From Albugo candida (lineage: Eukaryota): a stretch of DNA of 64,000 nucleotides. Both the position numbers and the translations under genes were made by a program. The stretch is from NCBI GenBank assembly GCA_040437565.1, contig JBDOQK010000019.1:372001-436000 (forward strand), in the 5' to 3' direction. The notes below the pieces were generated by a model, which was given only the letters and a program-made list of their open reading frames with translations, ran no database searches and was not told the origin of the DNA. Shown piece after piece: positions 35,298 to 47,500 of the stretch; within the stretch, counting starts at the first letter, position 1; each line of letters begins with the position of its first letter.

Positions 35298-36896
35298 CTA
35301 TCCATAATTTGATGCTGATTTGGCCGGTAATGCACAAGAGACTTGCAAGATACGTCCATTGAACGTCTTGCCATTCAAATGCTCCACAGCTCGATCCATA
35401 TCTTCTGCACTGCGCAACGTCACAAACCCAGAACCTCGCTGAGTGATTCGAACTGTCTCGTAGCCCAAATATTCGAAAAGAAAAGAAAGTTCTTCTCGTG
35501 ACGTTCCATGTGGAAGATTACCGACAAACAACTCGAATGGATGCGGGGTGTGGCGGCTTGTCCTATTTCCGGAAGCTGTGCGATTGGAGTCTCCACGATC
35601 AAGAGATTGTTTTCCGGGTGAGCGACTGGAGGCACTCGACAGCGTATTTGTTTCAGAAGAGAGCAATTCCGTATGACCCCACCATATTCGATGTACAGCT
35701 ATACTCTGCTGATCTTCGTGCGCGTCATGAGACAGAATTGAAATACTCAGATCTTCTCCTTCGACAATTGGCACTTGGTGTCGACATTTGCCTGCGAACA
35801 CTTGATTGACCATTAGCACGTATCCCTCTAAAGTGACGCTAATACGAAGCGAGAATGCTTTCCCAAAAGAAATGAGATCTTTGTCGAGTGGGAATGAGAA
35901 TTCCTTTGTTCTGTCCACATTCCAACTTTGCTGAAAGGGCTCTTCCTCATTCTCGCGATAGCTCAATTGATAGAGTGTCCTTCCGCTCGCGCCCAGTTTT
36001 TCACATTTTTGGTAGAAATTGATACAAAAATCAGTCTCTTTCGAAAGCGTCAGCTCCACAACCAAAGTGTTATTTGCTGCGATTGCGACTTGCGGCAAAT
36101 TCACTTTGATTGATGACGGATCAGATGTATCCCAATTCTGATTCGGAATATAATGCTCATCTGATAAATCTGCTCCCGCTCTCTTATTGCCAATTTCTCC
36201 GGGTTCCAAATAACTCATTTTGAGTGCTGCGGGTGTCGGCCTCTCTGACAAACGACGAGGTCGTTTCGCAGCGGTGGCGCTGGTGTTCACCGCACTCGTG
36301 CTCTTCAGTATGTCTGCCAACGGATTGCATCTTCTTTTTCCATTCCCATTGCTACTATTGACGCTATTTGCTAACTTCTTGACGCTGGAACGCGGTGTTT
36401 TTGATGAGAAACAAGTTTTGCCCGCAGAACTTTGATTTTGTCGATGCGCGAGAAAGTTTTGAACTCTTTCACGGTCAGAAACCGGTGTACCTTTCGATTT
36501 CATGGTTTTGGCCGTTGTCTCTGCTTTTGGAGTTGCGCTTTTCAGGAAAGCACGCTCTTGCGGAATTGTTATCGGCGTTATGTTTGCTTTTGATTTTCTC
36601 ACATTTCCATTTGTATGCGATGACAAGGGGTAATTATTACAGTTTTTAGAATTTATATCCGTTTGTGGCGCGCCACTTTCTTTAAAAGTATACATTTCGA
36701 GAAGCAAAGCTTCCTGCGGTGTGACGTACATTTGAGTGTTAGAGTCTTTACAAATCAGCTCTAACTGATTTTCCAAGTTTTTGTACAGCGATGCATCAAT
36801 GATATATGTCTGTTTTGAACTCTGAGTGTGGGTTTGTACCTCAATTCCGTGCGCGGATTCTGGCGATTTAGGCATCGATTCTGACGGCGCTGTCAT
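35298..36896 (-). CDS. Low-complexity N-terminus, galectin-like domain and C-terminal RRM
   Basis: Intronless 532-aa ORF; FCINF...GKAFSLRISVTLEGYVLMVNQVFAGKCRHQVP (galectin-like); LFVGNL (RNP2) and RGSGFVTL (RNP1). Confidence 0.75.
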   Translation of the reverse strand: MTAPSESMPKSPESAHGIEVQTHTQSSKQTYIIDASLYKNLENQLELICKDSNTQMYVTPQEALLLEMYTFKESGAPQTDINSKNCNNYPLSSHTNGNVRKSKANITPITIPQERAFLKSATPKAETTAKTMKSKGTPVSDRERVQNFLAHRQNQSSAGKTCFSSKTPRSSVKKLANSVNSSNGNGKRRCNPLADILKSTSAVNTSATAAKRPRRLSERPTPAALKMSYLEPGEIGNKRAGADLSDEHYIPNQNWDTSDPSSIKVNLPQVAIAANNTLVVELTLSKETDFCINFYQKCEKLGASGRTLYQLSYRENEEEPFQQSWNVDRTKEFSFPLDKDLISFGKAFSLRISVTLEGYVLMVNQVFAGKCRHQVPIVEGEDLSISILSHDAHEDQQSIAVHRIWWGHTELLSSETNTLSSASSRSPGKQSLDRGDSNRTASGNRTSRHTPHPFELFVGNLPHGTSREELSFLFEYLGYETVRITQRGSGFVTLRSAEDMDRAVEHLNGKTFNGRILQVSCALPAKSASNYG

Positions 36897-36979
36897 TTAA
36901 CGGATACGTAACTGCAATGACAGTTATCATTATGACAACCATTCTGTGGAATCTTCCTTCCATCCTTTCGCGCTTCAAC

Positions 36980-38943
36980 TCACTCCATATAGTCAGTGAT
37001 TCGAGTGCGCTTTTTAGGCTGACGAGATGATTGTTTTTCTATGCATTCATCAATATGACGATTTACGGCGATTAGATTCGAAGTCTTTATAATCTGCGTG
37101 CAAATCGGACACGGAGCATAAGCTTCGTTATACAAACTTTCTTTTGTATCGTTCGATATTGCTGAAACTTCTCTTTGCGCGTCGAATTCCTTAATCGGAT
37201 CCAAATCTCTTTCGATCGTTCCTTTACAGTCTTGTATCGTCAGTTGACGCTTCTGCATTTGATTGGTCTCTTCTTGCTGATCGGCTGGAATCAAGGAAGC
37301 TGCTCGTACGCCAAGGAGACGAAGGCTGATCGGCATTTCGCGTTTGAGAAGATCGAGTGCGACCTGAAGAAGCCTCTTGCACGATTGGATCGATGTGGTA
37401 AGCGTCACAGATCGAGTGCGGACCGAAAAGTCAGCGCATTTGAGCTTCAATGTGATATTTCGCGCGGCCATTTTATCCTATTCAGCAGAGTGACTCAGAA
37501 TAATCAAGTCTACTATTTTACAATACCTCAGCCAAGTCTTGAGCCAAATGCTCGCAGATAGTAGCACAGATTTGCTTTAATTTGTCAAAATCCGAAACAG
37601 CTCTAAATGTGGTTTCACGGCTGTATGACTTCCGCTCCGATTCGCCTTGGTGCTCTTGAATTCCGAGTGAAGTACTCAGAAGCCAAATAGCGGTGCGTTC
37701 TTTGAATACATGAAAGAGTATAGCACGCCGATCAAAGACCTCTTGCATTGTTGTCATATTCAGAGCCGCCAGAATTTTTTCCATGACCTGGATCCTACTA
37801 TCAGTCAAATCAAGATAGATTGCCAAGCACCGACCTTGCCAATTCCTCCGACTTTGCGAACTGGCAACTCGCGTATGAATTTCAAAACGGCTTGTTTGGT
37901 ACCTTCCAGTGCAGATTGTCCATTTGGTTTGTTGATATTAGAGCAAATCTAGTCAAGAACGATCAGCACATTGTCAGAGATTCGCGATACTGCTCAACCT
38001 TGGCCAGCATTGTATTGACAGCGATCCCTGCACTTGCTGTCAGTTGTGTCTCGTCGTATATTCGTTGTCGGATCTCTGAAACTATAGCGGATGCAATCTT
38101 CATAGTCAAAGGCTCTGGGATCTCATTGGAACCTTCATCTATCGAATCAGAGTCCAGTATCCAGCTATCGGGGTCCCAGTCTTTTGCTGAAAATTGGGAG
38201 ACGTATCTTTTCCAATGCTTGCGAATGTAATCCGTCAGATCAAGTGCTGCTTCGTCCAGGCTAAAGGCGGTGAAATTGGGATCATACACCGCAAAAATCT
38301 GTCGAATTTCCTGAGCAATGACGCTATATTTCTCCATTCGAACAGGAGTAAAGACAAGGTCGGGACAAAGCTTTTTACCAATGAATCCTGGCATTGCCGA
38401 CCGCACTCCAAACTTTCTTGCTTCATAGTTTGTGGTCGAAATCATTCCAATACTACCGACAGCAAGTGGAACATGACGTAATTTTGGATTATCTCGCATT
38501 TCAACTGCTGCGTAAAACATATCCATGTCAATTACGACTTTGATTCTGGTTAAATCGCGTCGTAGTTCCAGTTGAAGTGCAACGATCTCATCGATGAGTG
38601 CTTCCAGGAACCGCATTTTTGTATGTGTGAGTTTTGCGACTTGCTCTTGCATTTGCTTGATTCGATGATCAACTTTATCATTGTTTTTGAGCGAGTTTTT
38701 GAAAAAGTCAGAGTCTTTGGACATCTCGTACACTGTCTTTCGCAGGTGTTCAGCATTCACATCGCCCATTCCAGCTTTTGAAGCAGTAAATACAAATAAT
38801 TCATTTCCCAGTTTCTGTTCTTTTGCATTTGTATCTTGTGTTTCAAATGCCGAGATGGTGTGGCCTGATTCGTTAATTTCGTCATGCGTTTCGTTCAAAG
38901 TAAATGCGCTACTTGTCGAACATTCGTCTTCATTTTCAGACAT
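36980..38943 (-). CDS. POLK: DNA polymerase kappa (DinB family), multi-exon
   Basis: KAGM, IDMDMFYAAVEMRDNP, STTNYEARKFGVRSAMPGF, SLDEA, RKSYSRETTF, LRLLGVR, UBZ finger CPIC...NRHIDEC. Confidence 0.95.
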
Positions 38944-40944
38944 TTTTGCGTGCTTCGTGTCCNNNNNNNNNNNNNNNNNNNNNNNNNNNNNNNNNNNNNN
39001 NNNNNNNNNNNNNNNNNNNNNNNNNNNNNNNNNNNNNNNNNNNNNNNNNNNNNNNNNNNNNNTGAGCAGCTTGATACCAACAATTACAATATACTACAAT
39101 ACCGGTAAACAAAGAGCAAATAGCAATGCACGCGTAATTATCCTCTCATTAGTCGCGCGTCAATACAGACTGAATCGTCAGGCTAGGTAAAGTAAGAGCT
39201 TATTCTACAGGTGTAGCACAGTATTCAGAATGATTGCTTGTTCATTTCTTCTCTAGCGTCAACATTCATCTGCGAGGATTTCCTTAGCCTGCTTTGTAAG
39301 CAGACACGACTTTCGTTCGACTCGAGAGCTGTCATCCGCATGATAATTACACAATCATTGAGACGAGGAACAATAGGAAATATAAATATATATTGATTCT
39401 GTTCTTACGATATATGAATTATTCTTCAACGCAAACTTCTTTGTCGTTTTCTAACAGATCCGCGAGACTGCGCAAGACGTTCACGGTAGAAGCCACAGCT
39501 CCCTCCACTCCTGGTTCTCTCTACTTAATCGGTGGCATTATTCCAAACCAATTGGAATGGAAATTTCGATGTCAAGTCTTGATATAATTGACTTCCAGTC
39601 GTTGTCGCACCTGTGGTACCCCATCAATTATATCACTTACCAAATGAGGCGACGTTGTGTCCAAAATCTCACATCCTCTCGGGAGTTTCCTCTCATTGCT
39701 TCAAGGCAGTTTTGTCTCAAGTTGTACTCAAGGCTTTTCTATAGTTGAATCTATCCTTTAACTTCGAAACAGCCATAAAGGTTTCAATCCGATTGTTTTT
39801 TTTTCGTAACGTCCAGGCCCATGATGATGCGCAATGAAAGGCCCATGAATCAATGTCGAACCAAGACGATCTAAAGCAGCAAAATCAATTCGACTAGATT
39901 GGAAATTTGCATGATGAATTGCATCAAATGACCATCAGCGAGAAGCGCCACTCGTGAAATAGTCATTTGAAACCACACCACCGTCGGAACTTTCGCAAAG
40001 ACAGGGTCAAAACGCTGTGGAAGCGGGACCAGACATTCAATTCCGAGCCAAAACGAGCGTGGTCATCAGGGTTAATTAGAAACATACCGCAAAGCCCTGC
40101 TGTAGTTTAAGTATTTCGGCACAGAATCATGGAATTTTGGAATACCGTGAACATCGATTCGATGCTCTGATTCGAGATTCGTACGGGGAACACATTTTTC
40201 TTTCAGGCGATACTTCGACCCCCCCCACGAGTCTTTGGTATTGCAGCTAAGCTCATGGGGTCTATAGCACCCAATAAATCGCCTGTATAGACAAAGCACA
40301 CGTCACAAAGAGCTACCAGCTGCAGATGATAAAAGAGGTATCTTTGAGGTTGCTGAAGGACCAATTTATATCACGAATACAGAAACAATGCCGAGATTGT
40401 CCGTCGAAGTACGAAATGATACCGGAAGAGAACTCCTCTGTAATCGAACAGCGGTGAGATTCGAAAGCGAGAGAAAAAAGTTGAGCTGATTCAGTAAACA
40501 CTTTGGAAGCAGTGCGTTCAATACAAAGACGGTTGCATCGGGCTGCTGATGCAACTATAAAATGAAGGTGTTTTGCATGCCAAGTAGAGAACGAGACAAA
40601 GGCGCATCCTGACATGAAAGTGCTGAAGGTAGAACGTCTTTTATTCTTTGCTGACTGAGATGTGATGTCTTTTCAGTGTGCACATCAGCGCATCCTCTGA
40701 GAAGATTTCCATAATAAATACTGCGATCTATCTGTTCACACTTATTATGCACATACTCTCTATGTATCGTCACAGAGAATGAACCGAAACTCGAAATCAG
40801 TCCTCAGCCACAATCATGTCGATCTATGACGATTTCAAAGCCGTAACAAAAAAGTCGCGGACCATCGACCTTGTTGTATCAAAAATTCGCCTCACGAGAC
40901 CTCTCGGGGCAGAAAACTTTAATTAGCTCACCTTTCCAGATCCG

Positions 40945-43330
40945 ATGCTCCTGGTCCATTTCCTACTCTTATCCAGCATCCATGCGAGTTTCCACACTCT
41001 AGTGCCCATAATCACGAGATCCCCACCTTTTCGACAGGAAATACGCGTTCAAATTCTCGATACGGAAGAGCCTGTGGATGTGTTGGAGAAACTTCGTGAT
41101 CGATACAACCAAACAAAGCTATGGAGGAAGCAATTAACGTCTCAGGTCTGTAAACAAGTCACTTGTCATCGACTTTGGCCTATCGTTTATTCACTTCAAG
41201 TCTCTGGAAGCGATAAAGTCTTTGGCAAATTGGAGCTATTGGAAGACGATTCNNNNNNNNNNNNNNNNNNNNNNNNNNNNNNNNNNNNNNNNNNNNNNNN
41301 NNNNNNNNNNNNNNNNNNNNNNNNNNNNNNNNNNNNNNNNNNNNNNNNNNNNGAAATTTATGGGCAAAATGGACTCATTGGGCGGCTTGAGATCACAGAT
41401 ACCATGGAACCCATTGACAGCATCTATCGTTTCATCGTGGATCATTCTCTGGAGCTTGAGGCTATGACACAGCTTATAGAGCGTATTTGTGCTCGGGCCC
41501 ACTGCTTTCGCAAATTCCCACTCGTTTACGATCAAAATATCTCACTCGGCCCGCTTCTCAAACGTCTCCAGATCCCATTTGATGCCTTCCCTGTTGATGC
41601 AGTAGCACTTTTTGCATTTGAACATCGCCTTTCTTCGGAGCAACAAGCAGAACTTTTGCAGGCTGTTTGCAGAGATCGCTATGTGCGATGTGAGCGGGAG
41701 GTAGCCATGCAGACAGAGATTGAGTTGGAAGACGGTGTGGGTCTTGGAAGCCTACAAATTCGAATGCATGAGGAGCTGGCTGATGCCGTTTATCGATTCG
41801 GTACAGCGCACAATCTAACTCAATCAATACGNNNNNNNNNNNNNNNNNNNNNNNNNNNNNNNNNNNNNNNNNNNNNNNNNNNNNNNNNNNNNNNNNNNNN
41901 NNNNNNNNNNNNNNNNNNNNNNNNNNNNNNNGCATGAGGAGCTGGCTGATGCCGTTTATCGATTCGGTACAGCGCACAATCTAACTCAATCAATACGCAA
42001 TTCTTTATTTCAGACATTATGCGGCCAAAAGCACATTTTGTGCACCCGAAGAGTAGCCTTACTTCACTCCATTCCAGTGCATTACGTCGAGGACGAGCTG
42101 GGAATTGTGAAGCTGTATGAGGATCAGGAGCTTGCCGATGCTGTATTTGAGTTTGCTGCAGCTTACCAGCTATCTGCATCGATTCGTGACGATATTTTGG
42201 ACCGCCTGTGCTCGACGTTGCCCATTGTTTGCTCGCGGTATGCTCCGATCGCCATTTCCATTCCAATCGCTGCCGATAATGAAACACAGCTTGGAATCCT
42301 CGACATCTGGCAAGACGAAGAAGCAGCCGATGCAATCGCTCGTTTTGGAAATCGACTTGGACTCTCATCATCCGTCAAACTGCAGCTTGTGTACAGTGTT
42401 TGCGACGCAGTGAATGTACTATGCACACGTTCCATTGGAATTCTGTATCAAACGCATTTTTCATTCCCAAATGGATCGAAAGAGCTTGTGAGCTTTTACG
42501 ACGGGCAGGAGCCTGCGGACATTGTGTACGAGTACGCACTTGTTCGAAATCTGACATTCGAACAACGACAAGAGCTCCTTTTTCAATCGTGTAATGAGCC
42601 TCGCCATCGCCTTAATTGCACTCGAGCGGAAGCGATGCTTTTCCAGCTTCCAGTTTGGGAATCTTCCGATACGAAACTCGCTGATTTTGAGCTTCTGGAA
42701 GGACAAGAGCCCATCGATGTGGTGTATGCATTCCTCGAAAAGCACGATTTATTCCAGACCGCTCCACTCAACACTTCTCTTTTTGAAATTGTTTGTAATT
42801 CCTCGCGTGCCACCTGTGAGCGACAAATCCCTTTTCGTTTACTATTTACAATGCAAGCCACTTACCGTGGAGTTCCCCATACGATATCTTATGTTCAGCC
42901 CAGCTCCGAATGGCACTGCGAAAACCATCATGGCGGGCAGCATTGCGTGCATCATACTGAGCTCTTGGCCACGCAGTATTGCTCTCGCCATATGACACAA
43001 TGGACAGAATGTGCTCCTCGTGTGTTGGCAGCGTTGAAAATTCATCTTGAGATGTATGAGGCTCAAATATGGCAAAGTAAGAATTTGTACGCGAAATTGG
43101 GACTCGTGAGGTCTGCATCCAAGGATGAAATCGATGCCGCGTATAATACACTCGTGATGCGGTATAATAACGCGACAGAGCCTCAAAAATACGTCAAGCT
43201 CAGAGAGGCGTATACTGTGCTTAGTAACCCGGAAGAGAAGTATTATTACGATCTTCCTTGTGTCAAATTGTTTGGGTGTCTTTGTGGTAAGAAGAAAAAA
43301 GATGGATCGATTCTATTTGTGCCGGATTGA
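40945..43330 (+). CDS. Signal-peptide protein with at least 9 tandem ~60-66-aa two-Cys repeats and a C-terminal J-like domain lacking HPD
   Basis: MLLVHFLLLSSIHAS; repeat L.I...[EQ]E[PLA].D.V..F...h.L........L...C....C.R; NLYAKLGL...ASKDEIDAAY...YVKLREAYTVLSNPEEKYYYD. Spans two gaps, one with an overlap duplicate (41766-41831 = 41932-41997). Confidence 0.8.
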
Positions 43331-43480
43331 GGGGGACGCGTATATCGAGTAGTGCACAGGAGATACGACCAAAGGTAGACACCATGCGAATTGACCACCA
43401 AAGCATTTTTATTTGAGGCTTAACGTCGGCCCTGCGCCGCTAGAGTCCAGTCTTTGCAGCAAAATATACCCAAACTATGT

Positions 43481-43873
43481 CTAAATATCCTTGCGTTGTA
43501 ATCCTAGATGCGAAGAGAAGTTGGTATACAAATAGAGAATGATGGTTATGGTAGGTCTGACCTGGTGGAAGTGATTGAGTCAATTTGTCCGCTTTTTCCG
43601 TATCGGTGACGCACAGAGTGTACAGATACTGAGATGAGAGTTGGTTAGATATAGTACTGTAGAGTGAAGACAAACATGTACCTTGGAACAGCGGATTTTG
43701 AATTTGACGACTTTGTCCGTCTTTTTGATTTTCACGGATCGTGCATCTTTTCGACGTGCTTTTTGCAAGAAATCACGGATATCGGTGATCTCTTTTGGCT
43801 ACGATACACAGCATGAATGTATGGGTGAGTGAAGTGATTTGTAGAGCGAGGACAGACATCGATTGCGCACCAT
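43481..43873 (-). CDS. RPL38: 60S ribosomal protein L38, 4 exons
   Basis: [27 protein letters not shown]...[37 protein letters not shown]. Confidence 0.97.
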
Positions 43874-44526
43874 TTTGCTCTAAAAATGCTTTTGTCCGCA
43901 AGAACGAATGGTTGGTGGCGTACACAACGCTTTTTAATTTCTTATAATGTTCGCCATTCTTACTTTAATTACATTATGCTATTCGTATACTATACGTCGT
44001 TTCTTATGTATATATAGCAGCAGAGATACTAATTATGTCACAGGTATGCGCTTCAGCGGTATTCTAATCACAAAAAGCAGACGTAGTGTTCATTCATATG
44101 TCAATGTACCCAACTGATTGTCAAACTTTATAAATGTCTTTCGGTAATCGATTTCCTGATTTGTATCGGACTTGAACATTTCTTCGATATATTTCATTTC
44201 AAACTTTGTGCACCTCTTGGCACACGGTATTTCCTGATTACAGTGAAAGCAAAACGATTTGATACACATTGAAAATTCTCTCTATGAGAAGAAGCGTATG
44301 CATTGCCACACAGTGTCACATGCTTTTCGCTACCTCGTCATACCTAGCAAGTGTTCTCTATTCTTCTAGTCGAGTGTCCCCAAGCGGAATCCCACAATCA
44401 CTTTCTTCGCAGTATACACTTCACTTTGTGAGCGTAATATATTTCTATGACGCTTCATGTTTTCTCAATCTTTCAATCGTATGCGACATTCTCTCGACAT
44501 ACAAATGCTTTCTGTCTAACGATCGC

Positions 44527-44542
44527 TCCCATTCGCACTTTT
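44527..44542 (+). promoter_or_regulatory. Oomycete Inr/FPR-like core promoter element
   Basis: TCCCATTCGCACTTTT fits the YCATTYBNNNWTTY core, immediately upstream of the PLD ATG. Confidence 0.4.
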
Positions 44543-44544
44543 CC

Positions 44545-47500
44545 ATGGCGACAAACGCCGATGAAAACGCGGGATCCCATAGACCTTTTCATGATGCTCC
44601 ATCAACGCCAAACAACACGCCCTTTATCCCTCTTCCATCACCGCTGTACTCGGGCCAATCGTCTCCTTCGGCTATGAGCGATATCAAACAAAGTCCCAGA
44701 CATCCTTCACATCTTCACCAGGACTCTTTTAAAAGCATTCGTCGAGAAGAAGATGCGATCAACACAACACCACAATTCTTTCGAAATGAGTATGACAATG
44801 ATATCGATATTTTCGATGAGCCACCACAAATTTCCGTATTAGATGCGAGAATGAAGGATTCCTGGACAAAGCGTTTTGTGGAGTATGACGTTCAGATACG
44901 ATACAAAACGTACACCTGGCAAGTAGACCTCACAAAGTCGGCTGTGTATGGACTTTGGTTTTACGTCAAGAAGAAGCCTCATCTAATACACAACCTCGCT
45001 ACTTTTGGGAGTCAGTCGCAGCTTCCGTACCTCTCTCCTGCGGATCAAAGCGGAGACAGACGGAGACAGAAATCGCATGTGCATTTTCCTCAATTGCGCA
45101 AGCTATTCCTCGCAAAATCCGAGCGATGTATCCAGCCTGATATGGTCAAATTGGTGGAACAGTATTTGAATGCGGTCGTTCGTATACCTCGACTTCTCCA
45201 TTCTTCGTATGTGGTTGCATTGTTCCAAGTGAGTCGAAGCACATTCGACCAAATCGATGGAAAAACTTCCTCTCGTGAAGGATGGCTGCGAGTTCGAAGT
45301 TGGATGAAAGGCTATCGGGAGAATGTTCGGATCAATCGCGCGGTTGTGAATTGTGATAATGAGTGTGTGAATTGCATTTGTGTCGTCAAGCGAATTCATC
45401 TCAACGCTCGGAAATGGCGTTGGGTCTCCCTCAAGCATTCCTGCCTCGCGATCTACGACTCCATTCAGGTACATTACCCGATCCGATCCAAACTTCCTTA
45501 GCTGTATCGTTGTGCTGCAGGCCAAAGTCGCGAAAGAGGTATTTCTATTCGACGCTCGTTTCAACATTGAACGAGGACTTGAAACAGTTGGCTCCATTGA
45601 TGAATTGGTTGTTTCCAATTCGACGTATGTGTTACAACTTGAAGGCAAAAGCAAGCATGTGATTGCGAAATGGGCGAAAAGTATCCGAGAAGCAGCCGAT
45701 AAGTGTCCATGGTCTCAACCACATCGAGATGATTCATTTGCGCTTCCTCGACATCCGCATCGCGTGCCTTCTTACGTACAATGGTATGTCGATGGGCAAG
45801 ATACGTATCGAGCCATTTATGAAGGCTTACTATCGGCGAAACGCGAAATTTTCATTCAAGGATGGTGGATTTGCCCAGACATACATTTGTTGCGTCCAGC
45901 AATCGAGTACCCTGAATCGAGACTGGATCGAGTGCTTAAAAAGAGAGCTGAAGAAGGTATAAAGGTGAGATCGATCTTGCCCATTCCATTGGTATTTCAC
46001 TGATATTTCCCTAGGTATACGTGCTCATGTACAAAGAGGTCGCAATGGCTCTCACGCTCAATAGTTTGTATTCCAAGACGGTATTGAGCCATTTGCATCG
46101 AAACGTGTTTGTACTCCGAGATCCTGATTTCATTATCAAAAATCTTGGCATGTGGTCCCATCACGAAAAGATTGTTTGTATCGATCAAAGTAAAGCGTTT
46201 GTGGGAGGTTTGGATCTTTGTTTTGGTCGATGGGATACAAAGGAACACGATCTTTTTGATCAAGATGTCGCTAAAACTGATTTCTTGGGCAAGGATTACT
46301 CCAATCCTCGAATCAAAGNNNNNNNNNNNNNNNNNNNNNNNNNNNNNNNNNNNNNNNNNNNNNNNNNNNNNNNNNNNNNNNNNNNNNNNNNNNNNNNNNN
46401 NNNNNNNNNNNNNNNNNNGACTTTGGTTTTACGTCAAGAAGAAGCCTCATCTAATACACAACCTCGCTACTTTTGGGAGTCAGTCGCAGCTTCCGTACCT
46501 CTCTCCTGCGGATCAAAGCGGAGACAGACGGAGACAGAAATCGCATGTGCATTTTCCTCAATTGCGCAAGCTATTCCTCGCAAAATCCGAGCGATGTATC
46601 CAGCCTGATATGGTCAAATTGGTGGAACAGTATTTGAATGCGGTCGTTCGTATACCTCGACTTCTCCATTCTTCGTATGTGGTTGCATTGTTCCAAGTGA
46701 GTCGAAGCACATTCGACCAAATCGATGGAAAAACTTCCTCTCGTGAAGGATGGCTGCGAGTTCGAAGTTGGATGAAAGGCTATCGGGAGAATGTTCGGAT
46801 CAATCGCGCGGTTGTGAATTGTGATAATGAGTGTGTGAATTGCATTTGTGTCGTCAAGCGAATTCATCTCAACGCTCGGAAATGGCGTTGGGTCTCCCTC
46901 AAGCATTCCTGCCTCGCGATCTACGACTCCATTCAGGTACATTACCCGATCCGATCCAAACTTCCTTAGCTGTATCGTTGTGCTGCAGGCCAAAGTCGCG
47001 AAAGAGGTATTTCTATTCGACGCTCGTTTCAACATTGAACGAGGACTTGAAACAGTTGGCTCCATTGATGAATTGGTTGTTTCCAATTCGACGTATGTGT
47101 TACAACTTGAAGGCAAAAGCAAGCATGTGATTGCGAAATGGGCGAAAAGTATCCGAGAAGCAGCCGATAAGTGTCCATGGTCTCAACCACATCGAGATGA
47201 TTCATTTGCGCTTCCTCGACATCCGCATCGCGTGCCTTCTTACGTACAATGGTATGTCGATGGGCAAGATACGTATCGAGCCATTTATGAAGGCTTACTA
47301 TCGGCGAAACGCGAAATTTTCATTCAAGGATGGTGGATTTGCCCAGACATACATTTGTTGCGTCCAGCAATCGAGTACCCTGAATCGAGACTGGATCGAG
47401 TGCTTAAAAAGAGAGCTGAAGAAGGTATAAAGGTGAGATCGATCTTGCCCATTCCATTGGTATTTCACTGATATTTCCCTAGGTATACGTGCTCATGTAC

